Of a stretch of 64,000 nt of DNA, positions 1 through 14,603 are shown one piece after another. This DNA comes from Eledone cirrhosa (lineage: Eukaryota), in NCBI GenBank assembly GCA_964016885.1, contig OZ024740.1:15438001-15502000 (forward strand). Direction: 5' to 3'. Both the position numbers and the translations under genes were made by a program. The notes under the pieces are model-generated. The model was not told the DNA's origin, did not search any database, and saw only the letters and a program-made list of their open reading frames with translations. Position 1 is the stretch's first letter, and each line of letters opens with the position of its first letter.

Positions 1-58
1 ACAGCTAAGTATTCTATAAGTCTCTAGCTGTGTCATTCTCGATAAAAGCACTGGATAT

Positions 59-101
59 GTAGTCCTGATGATTTCTAACGAGAATGAAACGCGTAGATTA
101 C
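59..101 (+). ncRNA. Type I hammerhead ribozyme (minimal, PLE-type)
   Basis: GTAGTC-CTGATGA-t TTCT aacg AGAA t-GAAA-CGCG-TA-GATTAC; helix I GTAGTC/GATTAC, palindromic helix III. Confidence 0.85.
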
Positions 102-368
102 TTCCCTTGCTTTTATCGAGAATCTAATTGTAATACGTGACGTATTCTATTCTATAGCGATTAGGTCTTCAAAATGTTTATTATAAACATACAGAATATT
201 TTCGAATATTCTATGTCTATATTCACATATATATCGCTATTTCAGAGCATTTATTCCAATTTCTAATTTCTGCCGGACCGGCAACCGCTCTTTCAAACCA
301 GTTCCTGTACACAGCTAAGTATTCTATAAGTCTCTAGCTGTGTCATTCTCGATAAAAGCACTGGATAT

Positions 369-411
369 GTAGTCCTGATGATTTCTAACGAGAATGAAAC
401 GCGTAGATTAC
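369..411 (+). ncRNA. Type I hammerhead ribozyme, second tandem copy
   Basis: Identical to 59-101. Confidence 0.85.
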
Positions 412-1173
412 TTCCCTTGCTTTTATCGAGAATCTAATTGTAATACGTGACGTATTCTATTCTATAGCGATTAGGTCTTCAAAATGTTTATTATAAACAT
501 ACAGAATATTTTCGAATATTCTATGTCTATATTCACATATATATCGCTATTTCAGAGCATTTATTCCAGTATATATGTATGTATGTATGTAGTATATATA
601 TATATATGTATATATGTATGTATGTATGTAGTATATATATATATATGTATATATGTATGTATGTATACATCCATGGTCCTCTGCTGTAAAGAAGTGGCAG
701 TCATCATATATATATATATATGCATGTATGTATGAATGATATGAATGTATGTGTATTTTTGTATGTATATATGGATGTATATATGTATGTATATATGTAT
801 GTATATATGTATGTATATAACTGGTGGCATGTAGGGTATAGTGTATGGTGATTTTATGCAATGAGTGGTTTGCGTGTTTGCTTGTGTATAAGTGTATGTG
901 TATTCCTGTATATATGTATGTGTGTGTGTCGTGAATATACACCACTGAGAAAACAGATATGCCGGTGTTGTCGAAGTAAAATCCCTGGTAATATTAATTC
1001 CATCTGTATTATTCAGACGTTCCCCTACCCCAGCGACCATCAGACTCTGTAGTATACCAGCAGTAGATCACCGTTGGAAACCTGTAACCAACGACGTTAT
1101 TGTTCACAATATGCCATGCATAAGATTATAACAAATAAATTCAGTAATCAACGACGCTATTGTTCACAATATG

Positions 1174-1217
<44 letters not shown>

Positions 1218-1499
1218 ATATATATATATTGTTATACTTGGGGAGGGTCATATTTGCGTAATATTGCCAGAATTAATAAAAAACACACTCACTGTTTGGT
1301 TGGTTTTCGCTTCTCGCTGTCTTTTATATCTGCGATCTAACTTACTCGGTCCTCAATGTATATATATATCCATCACAACCACCCCCATATACACTACAGG
1401 CCTGTACATCGCCTTGATCTTTCTCACCAATCAAAACAACTCATTTTGTCAAACTCTTGAAACTCTGACTTTACCACATAGCATGTATTTCATTTTCTT

Positions 1500-1603
1500 A
1501 TAGCATTTGAAGAGGCTCCGTCGAGCTGCCGATTATTGAGTCGGGTAGGATCGATATAGATCGAACCTTGAGCTGATCAGTGGCGAAACGCGCGTCACCT
1601 ATC
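1500..1603 (+). ncRNA. Possible degenerate hammerhead with long stem II
   Basis: TTGAAGA ... GAAA-CGCGCG-TC; first core base mutated and helix I weak; internal AGGATCGATATAGATCGAACCT hairpin resembles the one at ~59428-59456. Confidence 0.3.
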
Positions 1604-1649
1604 AATAAATGCAATGAAGGAATGATCAATCGTCCTTTTTATCCTTTCA

Positions 1650-2400
<751 letters not shown>

Positions 2401-2664
2401 ATTGGTCCCTTCCTCATTCACTCTCATCTGGGAACAGTTTTGTATGCCGCCAGTTTGTGATTTGAACTCGGGAATTTTATATTCTCCGAGCGAGAAGAAC
2501 CTTCTAACGAGAATCCCCCTTTCAATGGTTGTCCGCCTGGATTATCCATTTATTTTGGGATTTGAAACCGCGCGGTAATGGTGCATATAGTAAGTACAGC
2601 GAACTTTTTAAAATTTATTTTAAAACTTTTTCTCTATTTGCTAAACCTTGATTTTATATATATG

Positions 2665-4700
2665 CTAGCAGAAGTACCCAGCGTTGCCCGGGTGTAAGTC
2701 GACCTTTGCTCTGTTGTTAATATGTGTGAAAGTTACTTCCCGCGCATCACAGGTGCAAAAACCTTCGAACCTCAAGGAAAAAAACAGAGGTTAGTAGACG
2801 CAGGTGTGTAATTGAGCATAAATAATGGATCAATTGTAGGTTCAGTGTATCGTTGAAATTGTTCTTTGCACGACTGACGGAAGTCAAATTCACTTGAAAT
2901 TGAATTGTCAGTTGATTTTTAAACAGGGTGAAAAAGTCGATTTTTTCACAGTTTTTTTTTTTACAATTTTCGCGCTCACATGTGCAGAAGAAGAAATAAA
3001 AGGGACTTTATCTGAACCGCGGCAACAGCCTCAACGTGTCTTCAAGTATGGTTTATTAATTTGTTGTGGAACTAAATCGACTTTCGTCAAATCGGACCGA
3101 GGAAACAATGTTTCCATTTGTCTTTCTAGCTGGTGTACCCGGTTACACTTGGGGTTATGAGAAAAAGTGTTTTCGATTCTCCATACATAAGATACCAAAA
3201 AATTGCACGCAAATAAACCGGGATTTTAAGGCACTGCCCAATTCATAGCTGAAAGGTAAGAATCAAGTGGAATAATGTTTTGCGACATTATCAAATGTAC
3301 AACCGTACAAAAGCAAAGGATATAGCCATTGAAATCTAGGTAGACCAAAGAATTTGGTGGGGTTGTATATCAGAGGATTGTTTTCCTTGTGATTCGCGTC
3401 TAGCCTACAAAGTGAAGTTAGATGATTGTAGTCGGTGTTGTATCAATAAAAAATAAGAGCATACGGAAGACTGAACACTTACGAATTAAGTGAAAATCAC
3501 GTTGATATTCCTATCGGATCAACATGTGCCGAAAAACCTGACGGACTGTTGTGTCAATATTGAAATCGTAGAAATTGCGAATCCCGACCTCTAAGATGTA
3601 ATGGATAGGCATTGGAGGTGAAGAGGAAGAATTGGTACAATTGTTTTACTGAACATGTTGACCATTAATTTAAATAGACTGACGCAGCATCATCGTGCGG
3701 TTTTGTTGTTTATGGCCTAGAATGAGGGCCGGTTAAACGCGGCAGAAAATAAGCCATGCTGATGTTGTTTAGGGGCGTCACAGGGAATAGATGCGACGTT
3801 GTGAGTCAATTGTGATGACAGTGGAAGGCACGTTGATCGCTTGAGAAGACGCGATGCTACACAGGATACTTCTCGGCCATAATTGACAGAAAGGCATGTC
3901 AGGAGAAATGAAAGAGTTGCTATTCATCCTTTGCTTAGTATGATGAACATGTAATTAAAAAGATTTACCATGGACTATCGTGCACGTTGGTATTGTGTTT
4001 AGCCTGCGAAAATCGGTGGTCAAATGGGGCAACAATAAGCCATGTTGATGACGTTTAAGCGGGTGGCAAGGAATTGATGCGGCATAGATAGACATGGGAG
4101 TTTTGAAGGGCACAGCGGTCAGGCAAAAGAAAGGGCCGAGGAGGGGATGGTGGCTGACAGTGCATGGATGCGGCATCCTGAGGCATGACGATGCAGTGGG
4201 AGGACGGCCAGCAGGCAAGGAAGAGGGCAGGGGTGGACGGTGGCAAGGATGCCGCATGGTGAGCCATGGTAGTCTTGAAGGAGCACTGCGGGCAGACCGA
4301 GGAGGGGATGGCGGCTGACAGAGCATTGATGCGGCATGGTGATGCATGACGATGCAGTGGGACGACGGCGTGCAGGGAACGGAGAGGGCAGGGGTTGACA
4401 GTGGCAGGGTGCGACTTGGTCCCTCAAGACTGCCATGCCTAGGCAGTGGAAAGGGTCGGGGAGTGGACGGCGGCTGACAAGGCAGGGATGCAACATGATG
4501 AGGCATGACGAAAGGGCAGAGTGCATGGCAGCTGACAGGGCGTGGATGCGGCATGCCAATTGAGTTGCACCTCGGGAATGTAGAGAGGTCCGGAGGGCAC
4601 GATGATTGTTTGAGAAAACCGGGTGCAAGGCAGGATGTTTATCGGCCATACATGATCGGTAGGCTTTGGAGGAAAAAAGGGATGAATTTTTGTTACATTT
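2665..4700 (-). mobile_element. Putative Helitron-like element; 3' terminus at 2665, distal boundary uncertain
   Basis: CTAG plus GC hairpin (CTAGCAGAAGTACCCAGCGTTGCCCGGGT) shared with 9739, 11770 and 23256; 3085-3118 recurs inverted near 61232-61266. Confidence 0.35.
4055..4560. repeat. Degenerate GC-rich tandem repeat
   Basis: Recurrent GGCTGACAG...GGATGCGGCAT...GCATGACGATGCAGTGGGA modules. Confidence 0.6.
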
Positions 4701-4799
4701 TGTTAAATATGGTCAAAATGAATGTAAAAAGACTTACACAGGATCGTCTTCATGTTCGGTGCTGTCTTTGGTCTGAGATAATGGGCGCTTATGTGCGGC

Positions 4800-4939
4800 G
4801 CAGGAATAAGCCATGCTGTTCTTTTATCGGAGTGTTTAAAAGAAGCGACATGTGCATAAAACCTGGTTTTAAACCTGTCCTCAGTCATGCCAACATATCG
4901 TACACTCCTGGCTGGCTGGTTGTTAATTAAAGGTGTCAC
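4800..4939 (-). pseudogene. PLE GIY-YIG endonuclease fragment
   Basis: YVGMTEDRFKTRFYAHVASFK matches the YIGSTATSFKARWYNHRHSF motif of other PLE copies in this window. Confidence 0.7.
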
Positions 4940-5028
4940 TTTGGCCTCATATACAACGGATTAACTATTAAGCTCTGTAACCTACATAGAGCACTCTTTT
5001 TCCTAGACCTTTCCGACCGAATTACTTC

Positions 5029-5076
<48 letters not shown>

Positions 5077-5082
<6 letters not shown>

Positions 5083-5748
5083 AACATATGAAACAATCAC
5101 AGGGAATAATTTGTAAAGTGTGTAAGCACACACATCTAGGTAGGTAACTAATTAAAGTTTAACTAGAACTTCAAATATAGATACCTTTTAAAATGATTAA
5201 TCTCCTCTGTATATATTTCATTAAATAAAGAAATATATTTCACCATCAATCGGTAAATCACAGTAGTCAAAATGTCGGATTTTCACCAAAGGAGAAGATT
5301 TAACTATTTGTGTTTACACAGCAAATGCAAATCTGTGAATGACTCGTAGCACGTGTTGCATTTTTTTAAAAATACACACATACCACCAGCGTCATCCCAG
5401 TGGCGTGAATAGGATTATCGACAGCTAGAAATAGCAGCCGAGTCCTTTCAACTGAGTTAGCTCTACAATTAAGGGGCCGTATATATATCCAAAATTTAAT
5501 TAAGGGTGTCATGTCTGAGAGACATGCGCCATATCCAGAATATGCTGAAAGATTCCAATGAATAGATCCGAGCATTTTATTCATATCAACTAGAAATTGA
5601 TTGACATATATATATATCTAAAATATACATATGAAACAATCACGGGGAATAATTTGTAAAAGTGTGTAAGCACACATAGCTAGGTAGGTAACTAATTAAA
5701 GTTCAACTAGAACTTCAAATATAGATGCCTTTTAAAATGATTAATCTC
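5077..5748. repeat. ~130 bp direct repeat pair (5077-5205 and 5620-5748)
   Basis: CATATGAAACAATCAC...GGTAACTAATTAAAGTT...AAATGATTAATCTC occurs twice. Confidence 0.8.
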
Positions 5749-5825
5749 CGTTGTATTATATTTCATTTTTTTTCCTTTTTTCAAATACACCTAACTGTGC
5801 CAAGGATCTCACACATTTTCCAATA

Positions 5826-5954
<129 letters not shown>

Positions 5955-6126
5955 AGATACTATTTATAGTTATATATATACTAAACTATAAACGATAAAC
6001 AAGGAAGGTCAGTAATTTATTACTACCTTATTACCAGTAAGAGAAATAGCTCAATGTAAGAACATCAGTTGTTTTAGAGAGCAGTAATATAGATTACACA
6101 AGTATCAAAGTTATGTTTAAAATATT

Positions 6127-6180
6127 TAATCGCTGACAATTGTTTCTTCCAAACTTAAGCTTGGGGTCCTCGGAGCATTA
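6127..6180 (-). ncRNA. Degenerate type I hammerhead
   Basis: Minus strand: TAATGCT-CCGAGGA-cc CCAAGC ttaa GTTTGG aa-GAAA-CAATTG-TC-AGCGATTA; one core substitution. Confidence 0.55.
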
Positions 6181-6237
6181 TTAATGTTTGTACATATAAT
6201 TATATATAATTATATATAATTACATATAATTCCTTCG

Positions 6238-6311
<74 letters not shown>

Positions 6312-6313
<2 letters not shown>

Positions 6314-9310
6314 AAGGCGGGTAAAATTCCCGAGATCCATGGACGAGTTCTCTCCAGCGGTCTCTGTCCCTCATTATCGCTGCCATGTCCTGCGTCTCCA
6401 ACAGACCAGTGTCTGTCCTTAGGGCATCAACATACGTTAACCTTGGTCTTCCTCTTCTAGTGTGTCCATGTAGGGGCTCCCAAAGGAGCACTGAGTGCAA
6501 TGTCAACTCTGGATGTCGGTGAGCATGTCCAGCTAACCTCAGTCTCCTCTGTGTCACTTTTGAGCTGACTTTTGGGATGCTCCCATACAGCTCTGAGTTT
6601 TTCATCCTCAGTGTATACTGATTAATGTTCAGAGCCATCCTCAGCACTCTCGTGTAGCACCCATCCACCATCTGAGTAAGTTTCTTGGTCAGTGTCTAAG
6701 TCTCAGACCCATACAGCAGCACATACTCCACTACAGCAATGAAGAGGCGGATTTTCAGGTCTCTACGAAGGTCCGACTTCCACACCGATCTCAAGCTGTG
6801 GCACGCCGCCCAGGCCTTGCTCTTCCTCTCAACCACATCATCTTCCGTATTCCCAATCTTTGCTCCCAAATACAGGAAGTCCTCAACCAATTCCAGCGGC
6901 TTCCCGCCTACATTAGTGATCCCCTCTGGCTTCTCAACATTCTCTACCAGATATTCTGTTTTAGTCTCATTCCTTCTCAGCCCCACACTCATCGACACAG
7001 TCTCAACCTCCCGCATCAAATCCTCTGCCTCCTTCACTGTATTTGTCACCAAAACTATGTCGTCGGCAAATTCAGCATCCGATACCTTTTTCGCCATAAC
7101 TCTCCTGCTCTGAGCCGGTGCTACAGTAAAGCCAGAGTCCTGGTGTTTCTCCAGTGCAAGGCGCATACAATAGTCCACTACGATGATAAAAAGATAGGGA
7201 GCCAATGTATCTCCCTGGAGCACTCCAGCCAGTATCTCAAAGAACTCTGTCATCCCATCAGGTGTAATGACTTGGGCTTTGGTGTTGGTGTAGAGCAGTG
7301 ATATCAGGTCCACTATCTTCTTGGGGATTCCATAAGCCTGTAAGATGTTCATCAGGCAGTAACGGTCCACAGAATCAAAGGCCTTCCTAAAGTCAATGAA
7401 AACCATGACCGCAGGAAGGCACTTTGCTCTAGCTCCCTCTAATATCCTCCTCAGCATCAGGATGTGACTGGTGGTTGATCTACCCTCTCTGAAGCCGTTC
7501 TGGTTGTCCCTGAGCTTCTTCTCCATCTCAGGCTGGATCCTGTTAAGAATCATCCTGTTGAAGGTCTTTGCCACAAGTGACGTCAGTGAGATCCCCCGGT
7601 AGTTGTTGGTGTTAGAGAGATCTCCCTTCTTTGGCACTGGGACGATGTTACTGATCCTCCACTGATTCGGGGCAACTCCTTTCTCCAGTGCCCCGTTACA
7701 GAACCCCAGGATGATATCATCAAAATCACACCTCTTCATCACCTCTGATGCCACTCCATCTTCTCCATGAGCCTTGCCCTCCTTGATCCTCTTCTTGGCT
7801 CTCCGAAGCTCCTCTCTGGTGAAGGGCTCTGTCTCAACATCCAGTTCCTCAAACAGCCGCCTTATCTCCCCAGTGCTCTGGGCTGTGGAGGGTGGCTCTC
7901 CTAGTAGGGTCCTAAAATGGTCTAGCCATTTCCTCTTCCTATCCTCGGGCCCCGTTCCCTGGATCTGACTCGAACACCTTCTGTGATCTCGTTGATGATC
8001 ATCCAGCTCTCCTTACAACCAGATCTGTCAACCGCTGTCTCCACACTTCTGATCTTCTCTATCAGTGCCTCCTCTCTGACCTCAGTGTAAGCGGTCCAGA
8101 GCTCTTCCCTCATCACCTCCACAGTCTCCATCCTCTCCTCCGTAGGATCAGCATAGAATTGGTCCCTGGCAGCTTTCAGGTGTTCTCTGGCTGCACACAC
8201 TTTTGGGTTTGCAGAGCTGACGTGCTTCCCTTTGTTCTTTTTCCTCGGCACCAGGGTTTCACTTGCTTCCGCCACTGCATTGGTGAAGTGCCCGTACCTC
8301 CTCGTCACACTCTCCTCAGTCCATCCAATCTCTCTCTCCTCTGACTCTCCACACAGAGCAATAAACCTGTTTCTCACTTCCACTGTGAACCTCTCCTGTA
8401 GCTTATCATCTTCCTTGAAAGCTCCCCAGTCATAGATTGTTCTCTGGGGCCGAGCCTTGCTCTTTCTTAAGCTCACCCGGACCTCACTCATAACAAGCCG
8501 GTGGTCACTACCCAGTGTACTGAAATAGCTGTATGGTTCCGTGTTCAGAACACTATTCCGCCACTTTTTCCTCACCAGAATGAAATCAATCTGGGACTTG
8601 GACAGGTGCATATCTGAGATGTAGGTCCACATCTTCCCCAGATTCTTCCTAAACCTTAGGTTGGTCGCCATCAAGTTCGCCTCCAGCAGGGTGTCTCTCA
8701 GTAGTCTTCCATTTCGGTTGGTGTTGTTATGGAAGTACCAGCAAGGATCTTCACTGCCCTCCTTACTCAGATGTGCATTGAAGTCCCCCAAAACAAGCAG
8801 GATATTATGTGCCTGAGTGGTGTTGACAGCTCTACACACCTCCTCATGGAACTCTTCCGCACTCACATCACTATCCCCCTCGGTTGGACTATAGGCTGAG
8901 ATGACTGTCTGTCTTGGGTTTCCATTGAAGGTCACCCTCAACACTCGCGGGGAGATAGGCATTATTTCCCTCACCAACAGATTGGTTTTTGCACTGAACA
9001 CAAAACCCACACCTCCTACTGCAGCATTTGTTGTGTTCTTCACTGCCAATGTAGTGATGAGCTGGCTCTTCTTCCCGATCATCACACTCCTCACGGGCTC
9101 ATCGTGTAGGATCCTGTGTTCTTGGATCGCAAGTATCTGTATACCACTCTCCTCGAACAGATGTCCCAACTCCTCTCTCTTCTCCAGCGTTCGAATAGTC
9201 CTCACATTCAAAGTGCCCATTTTGATGGCTCTTCTGCAGGACAAAACTGCATTCTTTATATTTGTCTCAGAGACAGCTGATCCATCATCCACTGGCCCTG
9301 GGTATGACAT
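6312..9310 (-). pseudogene. Disrupted APE endonuclease/reverse transcriptase ORF (pieces 7922-9310, 6696-7754, 6312-6671)
   Basis: EN motifs TLNVRT, IQEH, AYSPT, LGDFNA, IDFIL, SDHRL; RT motifs NYRGISL, QNGFR, FIDFRKAFDSV, LQGDTLAPYLF, FADD; C-terminal RLRLAGH...RGRP. Confidence 0.92.
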
Positions 9311-9596
9311 TAAACTACATCCAGTGGCAAGGCTCCAGTTCGGGAGTTCAGGAGATGTGGGGAATGTGGAGTTACCCCTTAGTTGTCATGACTCCCAGGT
9401 CTGCCCTGGCCCGGGGTGGTAGTACTTGTTAGGGCTCGATTTATGGGTTAAATAACTACCTTATTCGAGTGGCGCCGGTAAGGTATTGTCAGCCATTGAA
9501 AAGAAATATGGAGAGTCGATCTAACAGCACTAGGGTTAGAGCCCCTAATTACACTGTCAAGGAGCAGCCTGGTCGCTATGACTCTGCTGGCTTAGA
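6312..9596 (-). mobile_element. RTE-clade non-LTR retrotransposon, near full length, inserted in (TA)n
   Basis: Single EN-RT ORF organisation, ~290 nt 5' leader, long (TA)n on both flanks. Confidence 0.9.
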
Positions 9597-9602
9597 TATA
9601 TA

Positions 9603-9718
<116 letters not shown>

Positions 9719-9738
9719 TATATATATATAAATATATA

Positions 9739-9878
9739 CTAGCTGAGGTACCCAGCTTCGCCAAGGTTAACAAATGATAAGAGAGGACCGGCTGAAGAGA
9801 AAACGTCTGTATTGAATGCATTTAATTGTTTACAGTGTGTGTAGTGTGTGTGTGTGTGTGTGTGTTCGTGTGTGTGTG

Positions 9879-9922
<44 letters not shown>

Positions 9923-10339
9923 CGTGTGTGTGTGTATATATATATATGGGTGTGTGTGTGTGTGTGTGTGTATATGTGTTTGTGTGTGTGTGCCTGTGTG
10001 AGTGTGAGTGTGTGTGCGTGTGTGTGTGCGTGTGTGTGTGTAAACCACCGTTGGAATCGGAGACATAGGCCGCGAAACACGATCATCACTGACAACGAAC
10101 TCGCAGAGAGAATCCCTTATGGTTGATTCCCAACCTGCTAGAAATAGCAGTCACTTTGGTTAGCATACGTGGTATGTCTTTCTTTTTCTTTGGTGTTATA
10201 AAATTAGTACCAATAAACTTTCCTGGGTATACTCTTATCCCAATCCTGTACATACTTTCCGATTGTCACTTTTTGTTTTTTTCGTGTGATACGCGAAGGA
10301 ACCAACCAACAAACATCTCTCTTTTATATTATGTATAGG
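9739..10339 (-). mobile_element. Non-autonomous Helitron-like element with internal (TG)n
   Basis: CTAG plus hairpin at the left end; TTTTATATTATGTATAG at the right end resembles the 23256-23486 terminus. Confidence 0.5.
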
Positions 10340-11363
10340 TTACTATATCTCTTTTATTTGTTCATTAAAAATATTTTTCAGCTAATTCTGTCGTACAATA
10401 TACATCAGCAATCGTTATCTAATGCTTAAAACATATGAATAGCTGCGTTATATGCACCATATCTATCAAAAACGATATGAGAATTGAATACCATACTAAA
10501 GCGCCGCTAAGCTTGCTAAGAACCTGCAGATAGAAATGTTAATAAATACAACATTTGGCTTGGGTAAACTTTAAGATGTTCTTTCATTGTAGGTTTCTTT
10601 ACTCCTTCTCTCCTTCCTCTCCTCTTCCTTCTTTACCCCCCCCCCCTCTCTCTCTCTATATATATATATATATACGGCTAGGTTTACCGGCATTTTATCT
10701 TTTCAGGAATACCCCCTCCACCCCAGTGCAAAGATACTGCACGCCCTCTCAAGTCAGCGATGGGGGCGGGGGTTAACGTGCTCTGATGCTGGGTTTGAAT
10801 AGTTTTTAGGATTCCCCAGTTCAGCAGCTACTACGTTAAATAAAATTTATAGTTACAACAATAAAGGTTGAACAGAGAACACATGTTTTTAACAAACTTT
10901 ACAATAATTTGTACAATCATAATGGAAATTCCAAGTAACAGAAAATACGCAAATTACATTGTTAGAGCCTCAGAGTATACAATATTTTTTGTTCGGCCCT
11001 CGGGAGCAAAGATGAAGAGATTGTTTGGCGAACTCACCCTAGAGCATGCTACATACAATTGACCATGGTTTTCCCAGATGAAGGCCAGCCACTTTTAGGG
11101 TTTCACCCTGAGCTTTATTGATGGTAATCGCGAAGCTTAGTCTCTCTGTTGCTCTAGTAACATTTTTTCTTCTTGCGGCCAGGCTAGGACTTTTTGGGTG
11201 ACATATCGGTAGTAACAATGACGATAAGCCGTCTGTGCTTTCGTGAAATAAATGCGTTTGCTTATATTTTGTTTTTGTGTATGCAAAAATATCTGTATAC
11301 GAATATATAATTATATATATATATTTCGTTTCTGAATTTGTTTAGCACGATTCTTTATCTGAA

Positions 11364-12900
11364 ATCTATATATATATTAAAATAACAGATTAAAGTTTAA
11401 GCAAAGAATCGCTGCTTTCATCCTTAACGGGATCTTCTGAAACTAAAAAAAATCAATCTGTGAACGCAGAAGTAAATATTTCGAAAAACGTTGCAACCGA
11501 AAGAAAACAGGAAGATGATACTTTGGTTCGTGAAGATGTTAGGAATGTCGTATAACCGGAAGTGTTGACATTTGAAAAATTTAAAGAAGTGAATATTTAA
11601 ATAAACGATAAAATATCTTGAATCTTTTAACACAATTTAGTAGACGAAAATACACTCACTTTCTTACTTGGAAAAAGTTACATCTATGGTGCAAATTTGG
11701 TGCCGTTTGGTCCAGCCGTTTGGCGGAACGTTTGTTACCTACATACAGCCGTCACCTTTATAGTATAAACTAGCAGTGTATCCCGGCGTTGCACGGGTAA
11801 GAACATTGGTAATAGCACCTCCAATGAGAAACGTTTATTTGTGAGTGCCTGTTAAAAACTCGCGAAAATATACCGACAGGAAACTTGTTTTATTTGGAGA
11901 AATTAAGAAGTTGAAAGTACAGTTTAACTGTCTACGTGCATTGTTCATTGAAATGTTGTTGAGCCCCTTCTTTTCATACTCCTCTGTTTTGGCCTATTGG
12001 AGTAAATGTGAAAAAGAAAGTCACAGGTTAAGTTGGCAGAAGGTTCCAGTGTCATAGCAGTAAGGCGTAGGCTACTTACCTCAAAAGTTCATTCGCACTC
12101 TTTCCACTAAGTTACTCTTTCTCTCTAGCCCTTGCGAATTTCTCGCGAAGTCCTGGTGTAGATTTACACCCGATCCTCTTCCCGATGCACATGTCCGCTT
12201 TGCACGACTTTTGGAGGAAGGAGTTACCAGCAGTACGTTGTTCGGTATTATTACGAAAAGGTGTAGCAGAGAATCCCGCGTGAACTAACAGCTCGGGAGA
12301 AAACTGCTTACCTCGAAGATTCATTCGCCATCGTTCTTGTCAACGGTCCGTTTAGTTGGTATTTGTTGGTCTACAGTTAGATGAATGGCGCACAAAGGCT
12401 TAATGTTTATTGGCAAGAAGTGGCAACTGGGCTGGCTTGCCTCGCTTATATTATATATTAAAATAACAGATTAAAGTTTAAGCAAAGAATCGCTGCTTTC
12501 AACATTAACGGGATCTTCTGAAACTAAAAAAATCAATCTGTGAACACAGAAGTAAATATTTCGAAAAACGTTGCAACCGAAGGAAAACAGGAAGACGATA
12601 CTTTGGTTCGTGAAGACGTTCCCTGGCAATGAACGGAAAATAGACAACATAATACGTCATCAATATTTGTCATAATGTCGAAATGCAGACAGCCAGGCAT
12701 ACAGACAGATATTATAAGGGCGCGACGGAGATGGATAACCGGCGCCTAACACCCCTTTAACAACAGAAAATTGAAAAATAAAAGCTGCAGTTAATATCTG
12801 TAGACCGCAAGGAATATATAAATGCAAGTTTGAAGTCAATCGGAGTAGAAATGCGGATTTGTATAGAGTTTGCAAAAATGAGGGGACACACACACACAGA
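11364..12900. mobile_element. Cluster of non-autonomous repeats, possibly Helitron-like
   Basis: 11370-11537 recurs at ~12452-12617 and inverted at ~61691-61750; 11560-11740 is inverted at ~62350-62540; CTAG-hairpin terminus at 11770. Confidence 0.5.
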
Positions 12901-12908
12901 CAACTACA

Positions 12909-12998
<90 letters not shown>

Positions 12999-13001
<3 letters not shown>

Positions 13002-14395
13002 AGGAGGTGAGTTTTATTGTAGTACAATAAAGCAATGCAGATATCGGATAAGAAGCACTCTACAGTTTGTAGGACTGGAGTATACATAATATATAAGAAC
13101 AAAAGATGGTTAAAAGAGTTCCATGTATTTTATTATGCGCATTTCAAAAACAAATATCATCATGCAATAATATTTGTGTTTTCATCAGATAAAATAGGAA
13201 GACATGATATGAAGGTTAAAAAACACTTGTGGATAGTGCAGTTTTAAATCAACATATGAAAAGTAGTTTTAGATTGATGTGTGATATTGGGAAAAATATA
13301 TATATATATATATATATATATTTGAGAGGGGGGGTAGAAAGGATGGAAAAGAGGAGGAGATGAGAGTAAAAAGTGGAGAGGGAGGAGTATAATCAGGAAG
13401 GATGAGATAGGAGGAGAGATGGGTGATAGAGAGAGAGAGATAGCTTTTATAACTGAGAAAAATATATTGTTTTACATAGAGAGGTTGAAAACCGTTGGAA
13501 GATAATGTATAAATTAAAAGAATTTGAAAATTAACGAAGAGAAAAATAATGTAAAGTTAAGGTTTGTATATTAAAGGGTTTAATAATATGTGCGATGAAA
13601 AGAAAATGTTAATATGTATTAAGAATAATATTTAAGGGTTTAATAATATGTGCGATGGAAAGAAAAAGTTAATATGTATTAAGAATAATATTTAAGGTTT
13701 AATAATATGTACGATGGAAAGAAAATGTTGATATGTATTATTAAAAAGAACAAGTAATGTAAGTAAGGATATATTGTGAGATGAGCATGAATAAGTTAGA
13801 TGAAAGGGAGAAAAAAATAATGAATTGAGGATGAATAATCTAACGTCAAAAAATGTTTATGTTTACGAAGGATTTTTACAAGGTGATATAGAGTAAGAAT
13901 GTATTGTATTGTGTAATAATTGTTTCTATGTCAGGCAACAGTGAGAAAAGGTACAGATTAGGGGTTAGACATTAAAAGAAAAAGAGAAGAATGGGAAAAT
14001 GAAGAAAGGGAAGTGATAAATAGGAGTGATATAGAATGAGTAACAAGTATTATATAATGTATAATAAATAACTTTGAAATAAGGTAGAAAGATGGGTATA
14101 TTTTTAAAGAAGTATATATATATATATGTGCCTTTGAGAAAAAGATTCTAAATTGATAAAGTTTTGGATATTAGCTGTATACTTTGTGGAATGTTTTGTG
14201 GAATTTATGCAAGCAGAGAGAAAACAAGTCAGTGCGTCTATTTATTATAGAATCTAAATTAGATATAATGGTAAATGTTTCATTTAGACAGAGATTGCAA
14301 ATCTTGGATAGAGAACTGTTCAAGTATGGAGACGCAGAAGAAACCTTTTTCCAAAAGATGCTATATTTAATATTTTTGTCTTTCAAGGACCATAT
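12999..14395 (-). mobile_element. Inverted 5'-truncated copy of the adjacent PLE (endonuclease C-terminus, 3' UTR, hammerhead, tail)
   Basis: Reverse complement of ~16764-18060 plus 14394-14523; ORF-track peptides 14184-14462(+) and 16755-16976(-) are nearly identical. Confidence 0.92.
13126..13196 (-). ncRNA. Type I hammerhead with long stem II
   Basis: Minus strand: TATTTTAT-CTGATGA-AAACACAAATAT...ATATTTGTTTTT-GAAA-TGCGCA-TA-ATAAAATA. Confidence 0.88.
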
Positions 14396-14603
14396 ACATG
14401 GAACTCTTTTAACCATCTTTTGTTCTTATATATTATGTATACTCCAGTCCTACAAACTGTAGAGTGCTTCTTATCCGATATCTGCATTGCTTTATTGTAC
14501 TACAATAAAACTCACCTCCTACATTAACTTGCTCCTTAACGGTTGAGCGCTAACTCTCATATTGGATACCTTTTGATGGTCCTTTACTTTTTTCTTCTAC
14601 AAC

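Larger units (their letters stand above)
1..578 (+). repeat. Tandem direct repeat with a 310 bp period (PLE pseudo-LTR or retrozyme-like), one hammerhead per unit
   Basis: 1-268 recurs at 311-578 (ACAGCTAAGTATTCTATAAG...GCATTTATTCCA); the first unit is cut by the window edge. Confidence 0.85.

Noticed and set aside
2545-2585. GAAA-CCGCGCGG-TA hammerhead 3' half
   Set aside because: No recognisable upstream CTGANGA box
3955-4649. Pro/His/Cys-rich ORFs of 140-199 aa
   Set aside because: They arise from a GC-rich degenerate tandem repeat and show no domain motifs
9480-9596. HDV-like ribozyme at the RTE 5' end
   Set aside because: A P3/L3-like CTG-CTCCTTGA-CAG is present on the minus strand, but I could not pair P1 and P2 in the required order
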